Shown here piece after piece: positions 35,034-48,160 of a stretch of DNA of 64,000 nucleotides; positions within the stretch are counted from its first letter, which is position 1, and each line of letters opens with the position of its first letter. The DNA is from Obrimoposthia wandeli. Taxonomy: Eukaryota. Where the stretch lies: positions 744,001 through 808,000 of the forward strand of contig CDROCS010003418.1 in the NCBI GenBank assembly GCA_977020255.1, read 5' to 3'. The notes under the pieces are model-generated. The model saw nothing but the letters and a program-made list of their open reading frames with translations. It had not been told where the DNA came from and did not search any database. The position numbers and the translations under genes are program-made.

Positions 35034-36299
35034 AAAATAAAAACACTTACCTGGAGGAAGATGCCCAGGATACACAGAACCACCACCCACTCTCAACCAG
35101 TCTCTACCGGACCAACTTCTGCAGCAGATTGTTCATGGGAATCTGACATTTCGGTGAATTACAGACAAGTTTCCAGGTGTCTGTGCCGAAGTCCCACTCT
35201 CCAGTGCTACCATTTCTCCACTATCCTGATGTTGGCCGGATATATTTGATGTCATGCATCAGTCCACAGGGGATTCCAGCGACAGTCGTCATCATCATCG
35301 TCGGCGACATCATCATCGTCATCATCAATATTCTCTTCTACCGATTCTGTCGCCGTGTCGGGTTTTCTCTCTTGCCTTCAGGTGCCGCTAGCAGCTGGGA
35401 CAACTCCATATCATGACAGCGTGTGCAGTCTCTCCAGCTGCGGCAACATATCTCTCTCGGTCTGTGTCTCTATGGCCACAGTTTCTGCAAATCGCCCTCC
35501 AACTGTCTGGATGAAAATTGATTTTTGTGTGTTTTATGTCTGTCTGTGTTTGTTTGTATATATACAATACCTATAAAAATGGACACAATTTTTCTTACAA
35601 TTTGATTTCAGCAATATATTAAGCGTAAACCACTACAGTTTTTATTGTTTATTGGGAAAACGAAACCCCGCATCTATATTTTTACTATCAAAACTATAGT
35701 TATTGATATCTTGGCACATTTTTATGTTTTATGGCTGCTCACTTCTGGGGAATTTTTTAATTGTTTTGACTCTTTCACCGGGTCAGTCACATCACTCTCT
35801 TGACTACCACCTCATATTTGCAGTTCACAGAGATTTCTGCAGAGATTTTTAGAAAATTACATAAAGCAAATGTGTGAATTATACTTTACTTCCCACCTTA
35901 TATTTTTAGGCTTTTATTTATGTTGTGGAAAACTTGTCAATACAAATTCAAAATATTTCCGGTAAACGTTTTTTGTTAAGTATTGAATAAAGTTGCGGAT
36001 ACTATAAACAGAAGTCAAAAAAAGTCGATTTAGGAATATTGTTATCATATTATTATAACTCAATTACCAAGAATTTAAAAGTGGTATTTCTAATATTTAC
36101 TTTTATAGGACGTTCAGATAGGGGCCTCGTTGAAACTGTAGCACATGGGCCTACAATGTCATAATGTGGCCCTAATACTACGTGAACATATTAAAAGAGT
36201 AAAGAATTCATAAAAGGCTTTAAGTACACAATACAATAATAGAAATTAGGAAGATTTCTGAAGAATATCTGATTATTCTCATAAAAAAACAGCTAATAT

Positions 36300-36850
36300 T
36301 TATAATCAGATTGGTAAAGAAATGCGTTAAGACATTTTAAATTGAAAGCGCTTTGAAAAGCGTTTTGAAGAAATTGCTGAGATAATCTTAAAGTTTATAG
36401 AAACTTAAAATTTAAACTTTTAAAATTGTATTGGATAAGCATATGAAAATAACTTTAATTTGTCAGTAAAGTACAGGGAGTACACTATTTAAAAATAAAA
36501 GAACTCTAGCAGCATTTTCTTGAGTTGTTCAAACCATACATATATACAAAAAGTTAAATAAAGAACGTGCAATGTCTTTAATTCAAAGGCACAACGATGG
36601 GATATTTTAGGTGAAATATTCAAATTTAAAATAGGTAGTCTTTCCTAATGTTTGATTTGCATTACGGATAATTATTTTTGACAGAAACTGTTGCATCGAA
36701 TAAAAGAAGTGTCAGTGCCCTAGAGCGAATATTTCCTTTCTTTCGATCAACAATACTGCAAAATCGCTTGAATGGCTCTTTTTAAATATCAACAGCGGTA
36801 ATATAGTACGTGATCTTTCTAAAATTATAGAAGAGTTTACTCATAATAAG
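36300..36850 (+). pseudogene. hAT-family transposase C-terminal dimerization domain remnant
   Basis: LTETVASNKRSVSALERIFPFFRSTILQNRLNG resembles LTxPVTVASAERSFSxLKxIKxxLRSTMxQxRLNG. Confidence 0.6.
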
Positions 36851-38000
36851 GCATGAAAGGCATTTCAGTCAATGCAAATATAGACTCTTTTGAAATGTTG
36901 AAATATATTTTATTCAATCGTTCAACATTTCTAAAATTTTCCTTGTTTATGTAGTTAATTTTAGGTAATTAATATGCAATATTGTATCATACAAAACTGA
37001 TTAAAACATAATAATTCCTATCAGTCAAAAACCTTCGTTATCTTTATTCGATACCGGTTCTATCCAAGAAGCATACTGTAGATTTAGAGCATTTTATATT
37101 AAAATGATACTGTATATAGTATACACCATACTCTGAACTGCAATGAACTTTAAAAATTCAATTAGCTTGACCTTCTTGTCTCTTATTGTTCTTCGTGGTT
37201 GTTGAAGTCTGTTACTTACACCACACATCCAGATTTGATCAACTCTCTTGGACAATCATTGTCCTTAATTAACTCTCTTACACACTCAACATTTGCAGTA
37301 TGTGTGTTAGTTCATGTCAACCGGAATTTTCTACTTTTGTTAAACTTTTTGTGTAATTAAAAGAATTCTTTGCAAATAATTTGAATTCGGTGAAGACTAA
37401 TCACATTCTATTCGCCCGAAGATTTCCATGACCACTCATTGGTTTGGGTTTCTTTGTAGTTTCTACATTATAAGAAAAAAATCAAAATAGCATTGTTTAT
37501 GATTCACGTTTAATTATCAATATTTTCAGTATCAAATAAAGTATAATTGATTCAGTCGGACTTTTAAATATTTTTGAATTAATTACTGTGATTACATACA
37601 ATACTGTAAAATATTATTTGAGCTAAAAGAAATAAGAAAAATTTCTTCGCTTTATTTGAAATTATGGGTCAAAAATTATTCAGAGGACAAAAGTTTATTG
37701 TTTGAGATTTTTTCAAAATATATGTTTGCTGATAATTAATAATTACTATCATAATCTTATAAATAAAGTTTATTAAAGAAAAAATAAGCAGCACTTTCAC
37801 TTGAGTACATAATTCCAGATATTTTGTAATCATTATGGTGTAAATATATATACAAAAGATAAATTCACTGATTATACTTCCGAGTTTTCTTTATCCCCTG
37901 GTACCCAGTAATTTGAGGGTAGCTGGAAGTTGATAAGCAACAAATCGATTGGTGTGCATCATATTTCATAGAGCAGGGACTGGAGTGAAAGATGACATAG

Positions 38001-38285
38001 TCATAGATTCCGATTGAAGCAGTGGTCACAAGTGAAGCTGCGCATGTAGAGCTGATCATCGTCCTGGGCTATGACGATGTGCGGCAGGAGACTGATGTTA
38101 AAGTCCTGGAGTAGTGCGTTAAGAGTGCGGGTGACCACGGCCTTAGAATCACTCTTCAGAGAGATGGCACGTTGCCAGCCGTGCCGGGCCGTATTGAATC
38201 GATCTGACAACTGGACACTGACACCGTATCGGGTCTCTAATGACCGTAGCAGCCGTGTCCCTCTTGTGTAGATAAGTAATTGCAA
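38001..38285 (-). CDS. Short ORF in a GC-richer island, unknown product
   Basis: 94-aa ORF in the track with locally elevated GC; no motif recognised. Confidence 0.25.
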   Translation of the reverse strand: MQLLIYTRGTRLLRSLETRYGVSVQLSDRFNTARHGWQRAISLKSDSKAVVTRTLNALLQDFNISLLPHIVIAQDDDQLYMRSFTCDHCFNRNL

Positions 38286-38999
38286 ATAATTAACTACTGA
38301 TAATTGAGAATTCTCATATTAATTTTAAAGCTATTTTGTAGAAATTGTTTTAAGTGCAACTATATTTGTTCCCTAACCTTATTTATTTTGCATGTTTCTT
38401 TGTTCATATAAAACTATTTTATGTTTGTTTGGCAATTTTAAACAGCTTGGATGTCTAAAGCTCGGGAATAATATTATATTTTGACCTTGTTTTACAAATT
38501 CGTATATCTAGAAATCCCTGAGTACACTCAACATCAAACTTTTAATCTAAAGAGTTTGATGATTACTTCAAAATAAGCATTTTGTTCTTATTGAAACATT
38601 TTTGATATATTTAACACTATGAGAAGATCTTGTCTTGGTAAAGGATTTTGTCTCTTAGTAAATAGTGAAGCAACGTTCTTTCAATACATCATTGCATACT
38701 TCTGAGTTAATTTTGCCAAGAACAAAGAGCAATAGATATAAACTGTGATTACAACCACCAAAGTTCAGAAATTGTTAGTCAATTCTTTTACCTCGCAATC
38801 AAACAACCTCCGTCAACAAGATACCTTTCATTTTTGAACTACATCCCAATGTAAAACCTCATAAAACTAATCCATAAAACAAACCCATTGATCTAAAAGA
38901 GCATCCAAGATCATATTAATATTAAGAGATCATCACATTCCCTTTTCCCGAACAAAATATACCAAGGACATCCAAAAAGAACAACACACATACACAAGA

Positions 39000-39880
39000 C
39001 AACAACAATCAAAAGCTGAAATTATTGCGTTCGGGATAAGCCAAATGTTTGACGTCGGCAAGCAACGAACGGAACTAGCCTAGAATAACTCCAGCCCTCG
39101 ACTGAAGCAGTATGCATTGAGAGAAAACGCTAGTAATGGTTGGAGTGTCATATTTGGAGAGGATTTAGACAATTAAAAGTTTCCACAATAGAGTGATCCT
39201 GGAAACACCGATCGGAGACCTGACTGAATTTGGATGGAGTTAAAAGCGAAAGCGTTATCAGAAACCTCGAACTTCCATACGAAAAACATAGCGAGTTTAA
39301 TCTTGTGCTGTAAACAGATGGGTCTGCAAACGAAGGCAGATCTGACGGTGGTAGGACCATTGTGGCTACGAAGGGGTATGCGGGACTTCTAGAGAGGCTA
39401 GAAGAAATAAACATTGACAGTGGAAAGTACTGTTAATTCTATCATGGAGAGATGACAGCTATGTACTTACAACTGAAGCGGCTGAAGGGGCACAGAGACG
39501 ATTAGAAGAAAACAAAGTAATTTCGTTGATCTAAATCCCGAGACACTGAAGTGTGATAGAGAATGAGTGGGTAGACATTGTTTCACATAGGTCACAGGAT
39601 GAAGTAGGGTGGCTCTTCAATGTTGCCGAAGCAAGTATCGGGAGCGCTCAGAGAAAGATGGCCGTTGAACACGACAGAACTAGAACAATCTACGGAAAAG
39701 GTAAGGTTTCTGAAGAGTTTTAATGCAGCTTTCCAAAGAGCATGACTATCAGTTTCCGGAAGTTCCCTATTGGTACACTCGCTGGAGCTAATGTTTTGTA
39801 CCCCATGTATGGTGAGGAGAAGCTGGAGGAAATGGACAAATAGAAACCAAATGAATTACCAGCTTACCCGATTAAATATT
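39000..39880 (+). pseudogene. Non-LTR retrotransposon RNase H remnant
   Basis: VL*TDGSANEG (YTDGS motif), FYHGEMTAM (AELxAI-like) and a VSH motif in the order expected for LINE RNase H. Confidence 0.55.
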
Positions 39881-40298
39881 TCTCTGATAAAATAGAATAA
39901 ATAGCAAATAGGAAAATCCCAATTCAAGTACTCATTGAAACCTTCTGCAACAAACTCAACGTCAGCAATAAACACAATCTAAAAATATTAAACATTACAA
40001 AAAGCCATAGAAAAAAATTAACAGAAATAAAATAAAAAGCATAAAAATTTAGACTAACATTAATCATAGCTCACAGAATATTCGGCGAATATTTAGAGAG
40101 ATACCAAAACATACTCGACACAGTAAGTTTCTAAATGAATTGCCAGATATCGCCGACTAAATAAACCAAGAAAGCGAAGAATACACAAGTTGCAACGTAA
40201 GTGAACAACCAACACATGTATGTTAAAAACAGTACAGACGAACTTCATATGTTAACCAAGTATTTGTTATTATATTTTTTATATATATTTTAAAATAG

Positions 40299-41685
40299 TG
40301 TTTGATTAAGGAAAATTGAATAAGATAAATAAAATAATTATTTATATTAAAAAAATGTATGACCTTAAAATCAAAGGTCAAAATGAATTTAAATATAAAA
40401 TTAAAAATAAATTGATTATAGAATAAATATCGAATTAAAATAAATGAGGACCTTGAAGAGGTCATGGGAAAATGTGTGTGGAATGAGTAGAACAGTATGA
40501 GAAGGGGTCGAGGAAGATAAATCTAGTGGGAGAGGATGAGTGGATTTCCAGAAGGAAATTGAGAACTACTTAAGTAGGAAGAACGGGAACCTATTAGTTC
40601 GCGAAGAAGAACTCAGACTTCATTATTTAGAAGCACTCAGACTCCACCAGAAAGGAATATGTCGAGATGCAGCTTGCATATTCCATCTTCAGAGGCCACA
40701 AGAAGTGAGAGGTGAGTAAATTTGATATATAAAGATAAATTAATTCTCGGCTATTGCAAAAAAATATCAGAAATGCAGAAAATTCGGAACTACAGATATT
40801 CAAATTAGCAAATTCGGAACTACAGATATTCAAATTAGCAAATTTGAAACTACAGATTTTCAAATTGGCAAATTCGGAACTACTGATATTTAAATTGAAC
40901 TGGTGAGCAAAAAATACATAAAATACGAATTGAAAATATTAGTATATTTCAAGTAAAATACGTTTGAATTTATGTACATTTTTGATTAAGACGAGTTGAA
41001 TTTTTAAGTACATTTTTTGAATAAAATTCGAATTTAAAATATTAGTACAGTTCAAGTAAAACGACGTTACTAAATTAGTCGGCAATAACGTATTAAATTA
41101 AAGAGTTAGATGGACGGGTAGAAAGGCACGGAGAATAATTTAAAGGGTGATTATAGCAGGCGTATAAAAGTATACCCTAAGTGTCAACCCTATTGTGTAT
41201 TCTGTAGTAATTTTAGGAAGTTTTAAGTGTGCTTAGTTAAATATAGTTATTTTAGCCAAATTGATAGAAGATTCATTCCGAGTTAAATTCCTTGTGAAAT
41301 TCGTGTGCGCCTAACATATAGATTAGCCGAGGGACAACCCATGAGACAATATTCCACGTGCTGACAGATTCAAAGGAGTATTGTCTACGTCGATTGGTCC
41401 CGGCTCTGTTTCATCGATATTCGGTATCGGTGTTGCCAGACCCATCCTACATAAAAGCTCACTCAGCTGTTAAACGATCCACCGTGTGTTACATCACACC
41501 ACACTAGCTTTTGGGCCCTACTAGCTATTCTGTGAACACACCACAAAACAATAATACACAAAACCTGCAGATTTAGACTAGAATTAAGTACGCCACATCA
41601 TTTGTAAGCCCTATCGCTACATAACTCACGTTGGTGGCCTACGCACGATGATCTAATCGAATAGTTTCAATTAGAAACCCCAACA
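40299..41685 (+). mobile_element. Solo LTR-like element, family 1 (copy C), 1387 bp, TSD ATAG
   Basis: TGTT...AACA termini; atag at 40295-40298 and 41686-41689; 30-bp tandem array 40781-40890. Confidence 0.9.
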
Positions 41686-42279
41686 ATAGTGTTATATTTG
41701 GTCAACCGTAGCAACAACAAGAAACTGGCAACTGATAAGTTTACCAAATTGTATATCGTAATACATTGTTATGTCTTAATCATGTTCTGAAAATATCACG
41801 TTGAACATTAGGATTTCCAAAAAATTGTGACCATTTAAAAACTTAATCATGAAATGTTGTTATATATTACTATAACTACACAAGGTACTTTATTAATCAT
41901 TACTTTTACTGTTGAATTTACTATAAATAGCGATACAGATGTTTAGACATTTTACTATGTCTTTTAACATCATACTATAAAATCGGTTTTGAGGGTGATT
42001 GCACGTTCCACAGCTGTAAAAATTGTCCTGGACTTGATATTATGATCCACGATAATTTCCATTTGTATAACTCCGAAAATTCAAACAATCAAATGCATTA
42101 AATTTACAACTTTAACATGCGCTGGATATCACATTAAAATTGGAACGATTTGAGGAAAAAATGAGTTAATGAGTTTTCGGGAGGTAAGCTACTAAATTGC
42201 AAGTTATAATAGACATATAAGTATATGTATAAATGTTTTGGTGGTTAAAAAAGTAGCATCCGAATTAAATGTAATAGAA

Positions 42280-43505
42280 TGGGCAGATGCAGTAAGAAAT
42301 TGAAATCATTTAAAGGGATAAGATTTCCTTCGATGGAAAAAGCAAGACAAGTCAATATGGTCATTGGTGCTGATCAAATCGATTATACAACGGTTAATTA
42401 GAGAAATCGTTGGAAATCTAGGTGATCATGTAGCTAGGTTAACTGCACTAGGATGGACATGTGTGGGAGAAATAAACTTGAATGGAGCTGTACAAAATCA
42501 AACAAATTTTGTTCACGTTTTTACAACTAATGCTTATCTGAACTTTGAAATAAAAAATGTTTTGGGAAATTTATAATATGGAAAATGAAGAATATGAGGT
42601 GGCTAATACCGATAAAGAAATATAACAATCAACGGTTAAGTCAATTACCAGAGTGGATGGTCGGTACTCAATAAAAATACCATGGAATATATCCGAGAGG
42701 CCAATTTGGATAAAGTGAAAGTTTAAATATTTGCATAAAAAGCAAGAGTGGTGCATTCAAAATTAGTGAGTCTATTAAGATTAGAACTAATAGCGGCTAG
42801 CGAAGAAGTTCGATTGACTAAGTTAATTGTAAGCGTATAAAAGAGAGACGTCAAGAAAGTTGTGTTTGGTGTGGTAGTGAGGCCGTGATTTGATGCTGGT
42901 CGCGTAGGACGGATGCAGGTAGACACAGTTTCTAAGCAATAACAATATGTTGCGTCACAGCAAAATTAGCGGATATTTTGTATCGTGGCAAAGACACACT
43001 TCAAGTGCTGGTAATGGATTATGATGGCGTTGATCACAGTTTCTACAAAGGAGTGAGACAGTATGGTCATCAAGTTCTAGTTTTCGAATCAAGAAGGAAT
43101 GTATATAAAGGAAGAAATATATACTTATATTCGTCACTTCACTTTCAAATGCTTTTCAAGTAGAAATTTGTTCCAATTTTGGAGGATTGTTGGGAGTGCG
43201 AGCTTCGATTGGGCGATTTGATAATTGTGAAGTTAGACAGTGGAAACAGAAGACTGATGAATTAGAATGTATTGAAATATATTTTGTTCCTCAATGGGCT
43301 GTGACAGAAGTTATGCGAGGAGAAGGATCTCTTGAAAATAAATGATGTTGTTTTAATTTTAGACACTAAAAATGAAAAGGGAACTTGGACGTTAGGAAGG
43401 TAATCGAATTGATGTCAGGTAACGATGGCAATGTTAGGGGTGTGAGAATAAAAAGTCAATGTAAAGAGATAATCAGAGTAATTCGTAAATTATGTTTGAT
43501 AACTG
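42280..43505 (+). pseudogene. pol: BEL/Pao LTR-retrotransposon pol remnant with internal deletions
   Basis: HLKGIRFP..VIGADQ..ARLTALGWTCVG, AKARVVHSKLVSLLRLELIAA, and INDVVLILD..WTLGR..GNDGNVRVVRIK. Confidence 0.85.
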
Positions 43506-43696
43506 CAGATTAAGGTTTTGTATGTATAATTTCAGTAGGTAGTTTAGGTATTCCATATATAATTTCTTAAAGAATTTAATTTCAAAAATATTATTAAAAT
43601 GATACAAAATTTATTTAAGTTCTTTGATTGTTATAGACAATTTTTTTCTAAATTTCATTTTTTTGTTGTTATAACTTGAAATACATCAAACTTATC

Positions 43697-44140
43697 TTAC
43701 TTATAAGGAGATAAAGAGCGAATCTGAGGAAAGTTTATGGCAGTATTTGGCATATCATGCTCAAGGCAAAAGTCTATAAATTCTGTTGATGTCAGTTTGG
43801 AGGTCTCAAGGCCGTAGAAGCCGGTAAAGAGTCGTGTAGTTTGTGTAACATCTGCCGGAATATGGACAACCGCTCTGAATTTCTCTTTATTGTCGTCATT
43901 TACCTCTTTCTTGGTCTCATTACTGACGACAGCATAGATGCCTACTTTGAAACTGCGACTGACAATGTCATCGTAGTTGTCCGGCAAAATGATCTTCTCC
44001 CGACACAAAGCTGCGTGCTCGTCCAAATTTGGGAATGGGGTCAAACATCCACTTTTGGAAAACTGGTTTGACTGGTTGTCATCTTCAGTGCGCTCAATCT
44101 GAAGACAGTCCACTAAATTCTGAACTGAGATTAGCATCAT
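43697..44140 (-). CDS. Unknown protein, 147 aa, possible paralog of 51100-51338
   Basis: KIILPDNYD..SFKVG and TTRLFTGF weakly align with NILVLPKPHD..DFSLT and TTR*WSGY. Confidence 0.35.
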   Translation of the reverse strand: MMLISVQNLVDCLQIERTEDDNQSNQFSKSGCLTPFPNLDEHAALCREKIILPDNYDDIVSRSFKVGIYAVVSNETKKEVNDDNKEKFRAVVHIPADVTQTTRLFTGFYGLETSKLTSTEFIDFCLEHDMPNTAINFPQIRSLSPYK

Positions 44141-44456
44141 CAGATGGCTGTTAATACTATTATTTCATTTTATGGATTTTGTAGACCAATTAATTTGCAA
44201 AATTAATTTTTCATCTTCATGGTTTTTACGATTTACTTAATTCATTTTATGATAAAAATCAAGCCAAAAGTACAATGCTTCTTATGCATGAGTAGATAAC
44301 TCAATTAAAATGTTCAAAGCCTCAAAACTAAAAAACAGGCCAAATTACGTACTTATGTTAATTATAATTGCTAAAATTCAATTATTGACAATTTTAATAG
44401 TATAATTTCCATTCAGAAATTCTTAGCTGGGTTATCGGTGAAGCTATTAATTACTA

Positions 44457-44530
44457 CCGTGCTAGTTCAGTGATATAATGTGAGACTTTCTAGTAGTGAG
44501 GCCAGTAGTTAAATTCCCAGTTGTGAACCT
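44457..44530 (+). repeat. Decayed tRNA-like or SINE head
   Basis: A-box-like tagttcagtgat and B-box-like gtagttaaattcc at tRNA-like spacing; no intact cloverleaf. Confidence 0.25.
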
Positions 44531-45399
44531 AAGATTTTGTGTCTCCATAATTCGGACTCTAATTGAGCTTTTATAGTGAAGAAAAGTTTAATTTAAGAGC
44601 CAATGATATATCTATATATATTTGACAAATTCAAGCTACTTCCAAATTATAAACACCTAATTCTTATTTATAAGTTTGTTTTTAGGATAGATTATGAGCT
44701 GCTATAGTCTGGAGCCGAATGCGCAACTAGCAAGTAGTGAGGCTTGTTGTTTAATTCACAGTTATTACAATTATGTTTTTCCTTAACCCAATAGTATGTT
44801 TAAAATTAAACGTTAGAAATGATTAATTGCATGAGATTAGGATTATGATTACATCAAAATAGATAAAAAATATTAATGAATTAATATTAAAAATCAGATT
44901 TTGACATTTTTAATGGTTGTCCTTTATATTTTCCCAAAAATTTATATTCAAAATACAAATTCAATTTTTAGTAATTAACGAAATTCAGTTATTTTGAATC
45001 ATCCTGTTTACTCATTACACCAATTTCCATTATTTTCTCTAATTCCCACTTCAAATATGCTCTCATCGACTGATATAATTTCTGTTATATACTGACTCTC
45101 TTTCCCTTCATCTAGTGGTCCATAGAATCAATCAATTGCAGAGGATCTTTAACTCAGCAAAGAACAACATTTTCAAACAAATGCTGAGTACATATTTCAT
45201 AAAAAGAATTTAGAATCTAGAACGAATGTTATTTAAAATTGAAATTATTTATACCTATAGATGTAAGGCGTAATAATTTTTGTTGTTTGAATATTTTGAC
45301 TATAATTTTGTGTGCTAATCTGAACTTGTAACAACAATACCTTACAATTAAGTCATATTTTTAATGAATTGAAATAAGGCAGACCTCAGAAAATCAATG

Positions 45400-45791
45400 G
45401 AAGTACGCAGGAATCGGAAGGAGAATTGTATGAGGTGGAAACTATTATAAAGCAACGAATAGATGGTATTACTTATGAATATTATATCAAATGGAACGGA
45501 TACAGTGATGAGTTCTATTGTGGAGTGAAAAAGAAAGATCTGAATTGTGCTTAAAATCTCAAAAGATTTAAGTTGTTGGTTAAGAAACATGAGGACAGAA
45601 ATTTGAAAAATTTACAAAGATGGAAATTGAAGACCAAAGAAGAATTGAAGAAGAGAGTTGAATTTGAAGATGTAATTGGAGATGTGATAGAAGAGGTAGA
45701 AGAAGAAGTAAATGAAGAGATAAAGGAAGCGGATATAAATTTTATTGAACTGACAAAGATTAAAGATTTGAAATATCCTATCTTCGTTTAA
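45400..45791 (+). pseudogene. Chromodomain-containing pseudogene fragment
   Basis: ESEGELYEVETIIKQRIDGITYEYYIKWNGYSDE..DLNCA, followed by a Lys/Glu-rich stretch. Confidence 0.7.
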
Positions 45792-47434
45792 CTTATAATA
45801 CAGATCAAAATTTGTTGAAAGAACCCAACTTTCTATATCTAGGTTAAATTAGAGCAAAAGCATAAGGACAAGGAAAGTAAAAGATGAAAAATAATAGAAA
45901 TCGTAAATTAAAACTATGAAATTAATTTAAAATTATCATTGACTTTGTCGTGCTTAAAATTCTGAAATTATGAGCTGTATTCAGTTTCCATTTTAAAATT
46001 TATATTCAATTAAATTTTTGTGCATAACTTTGCAGATAACATTTTAATTTATTGTTAAATAGTTTTCAAATTAATTACCCGTTTGCTAACATCGTTAAAA
46101 TATATTGTCTAAAAATTTGAAATTGTGGATATTGTGATTGTTTTCGAATATTTTCACAGTAGGACTGCAAAAGATGCTTGATATTTTCAAAATGCCATAA
46201 AAGTGTGCTAATGAAAAGTTGGTATTAAGTTTACTATGTACATTATTATTTCCAAACTATTGTTGCTAGATGGCTTTATTATTTCTAAAAGTACGTTGAA
46301 TTGAATTTATCTCAAATGTAAACATTTGCTCTTCATTTCTGCACGGTTTATAATTTTCCTTTAGCTGTCTCAATTAAGATTAATGTACACTAGTTCGAAA
46401 ACATGTTAATTAAAAATGTTAATTCTCAAACAAAATTGTTTTTCAGAATATTTATTAAAGTTTTTAACAACTTTTTAGTTTGAATTTACTTTAAAGCGAT
46501 TTGTTTGCAAAATTTACTTAGGGCGGCCGACATTGCTTTTTTATAGGAAAATTCTACTGAATTATACTTCAAGGCTTTCAAAACCTTTAAATTAAAAAAT
46601 ACATTAACACTTTTTGAAAGAAAACTTTCCTGCATCATTATTGCTATCTTTCGTCGCAGGTGTAGACTAAGTGCTGGACCATCGTCAAGTTCTCTAACAA
46701 GTTTTGACTACATACCATACTTAGAAACCTCTTCAAAGACTTCTTTGTATGTCACTTTTGATTTGTCAACATCTAAGAAGCTCGCATAAGAATCTGTAAG
46801 AATCCGTACCGATCGTTATCTTTGTTTCCTAAGATGACACTTTCTGGCCGATCCATGACAATCTTCAGATGTACATTGAGTCCAAAACCAATCCAAGTAA
46901 GACAAAACTTCCATAGACTTGAATCTACGTGAATTTGTGGCTATACCCTGCATATATCTGTTGGGGTTTCTATACGAGACTTGTATAGATCCTCTTGTGT
47001 GCGGAGGGCCCCAACGTGAGTTCGAATAGAAGCAGGTCTTAAAGTTGGTCGTGGCCTACTTAGTGTTATGGTTGCCTATCTCAATTGCTTATCTGAAGGT
47101 GTTTGTTTGACGTCTCTTAATCTGAAGGGTTTTAAAACAACGTTTTCTAATGTAGGAAATCGTTTATTGGTAACACACTAGACTAAACCACAACAATACG
47201 TTTATGTACGTATCTTCTAAAAAGTATGGTAAAATTCCTAAGACTTCTGTAAGTCTCTACACAAGTGGGGATGAACCACGTATCGATTTTACGTTAAAGG
47301 TGATCGAGATTTTAGAGTTGTTCCTCTGACTCGAGAATAAGCTCACGTTATAGATTTTCAAATCAAATTAACTCTACTATCGGCTTTAACTTTTGAGGAT
47401 AAACCTTTAATCTTATGTCAATAAAGGTGGTGAT

Positions 47435-47747
47435 GTAAAAACTTCCTTTTAAATTGGGCAAACTTAATTTATCGTTAATCAACGAAGACAAAAACTCTTT
47501 TTAAATTGGGCAAACTTAATTTATCGTTAATCAACGAAGACAAAAAAACTCCTTTTAAATTGGGCAAACTGAAAATTAATGAAGGTCAAAAACTCCTTTT
47601 AAATTGGGCAAACTGAAAATCAATGGAGGTCAAAAACTCCTTTTAAATTGGGCAAACTGAAAATCAATGGAGGTCAAAAACTCCTTTTAATTTGGGCAAA
47701 TTGAAAATCAATGGAGGTCAAAAACTCCTTTTAAATTGGGCAAATTG
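47435..47747. repeat. 44-bp tandem array inside LTR copy D
   Basis: aaaaactccttttaaattgggcaaa recurs, with a period of 44 bp in the later copies. Confidence 0.9.
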
Positions 47748-47934
47748 TAATGCAAAATATTTTAAACCCTAGCCTATTACTCTCCTCTCACCTATCTCAA
47801 TTCCAAAGTTGCTGCGACTGCTTAGAAGTGATTGACTGCAGACGAGATGTTGCTGCGGCTGCTTAGACTTACGTTCGACCGTGGACTTGGTCGAGATGTT
47901 GCTTTGGTCGACGAGGCTGATCCGGTCGACAAGA

Positions 47935-48160
47935 GTTGATTTGCTGCGGCTGCTTATTTGGTCGAGAATTGAATTGGGGTGAGAGTTGATTTTGCTGCGG
48001 CTGCTTATTTGGTCGAGAATTGAATTGGGGTGAGAGTTGATTTTGCTGCGGCTGCTTATTTGGTCGAGAATTGAATTGGGGTGAGAGTTGATTTTGCTGC
48101 GGCTGCTTATTTGGTCGAGAATTGAATTGGGGTGAGAGTTGATTTTGCTGCGACTGCTTA
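47935..48160. repeat. 51-bp tandem array (4 copies) inside LTR copy D
   Basis: ttgctgcggctgcttatttggtcgagaattgaattggggtgagagttgatt repeated. Confidence 0.95.

Larger units (their letters stand above)
34925..35570 (-). repeat. GC-rich dispersed unit ending in a hammerhead ribozyme (copy 2)
   Basis: Homologous to 8950-9530; Asp-rich coding remnant, splice donor cag|gtaagt at 35050, hairpin, then the ribozyme. Confidence 0.65.

Noticed and set aside
28485-41685. Copies B and C as ~1-kb terminal inverted repeats of a 13-kb DNA transposon
   Set aside because: Copy C has its own 4-bp TSD on both sides, so it is an independent insertion; B is a truncated member of the same family.
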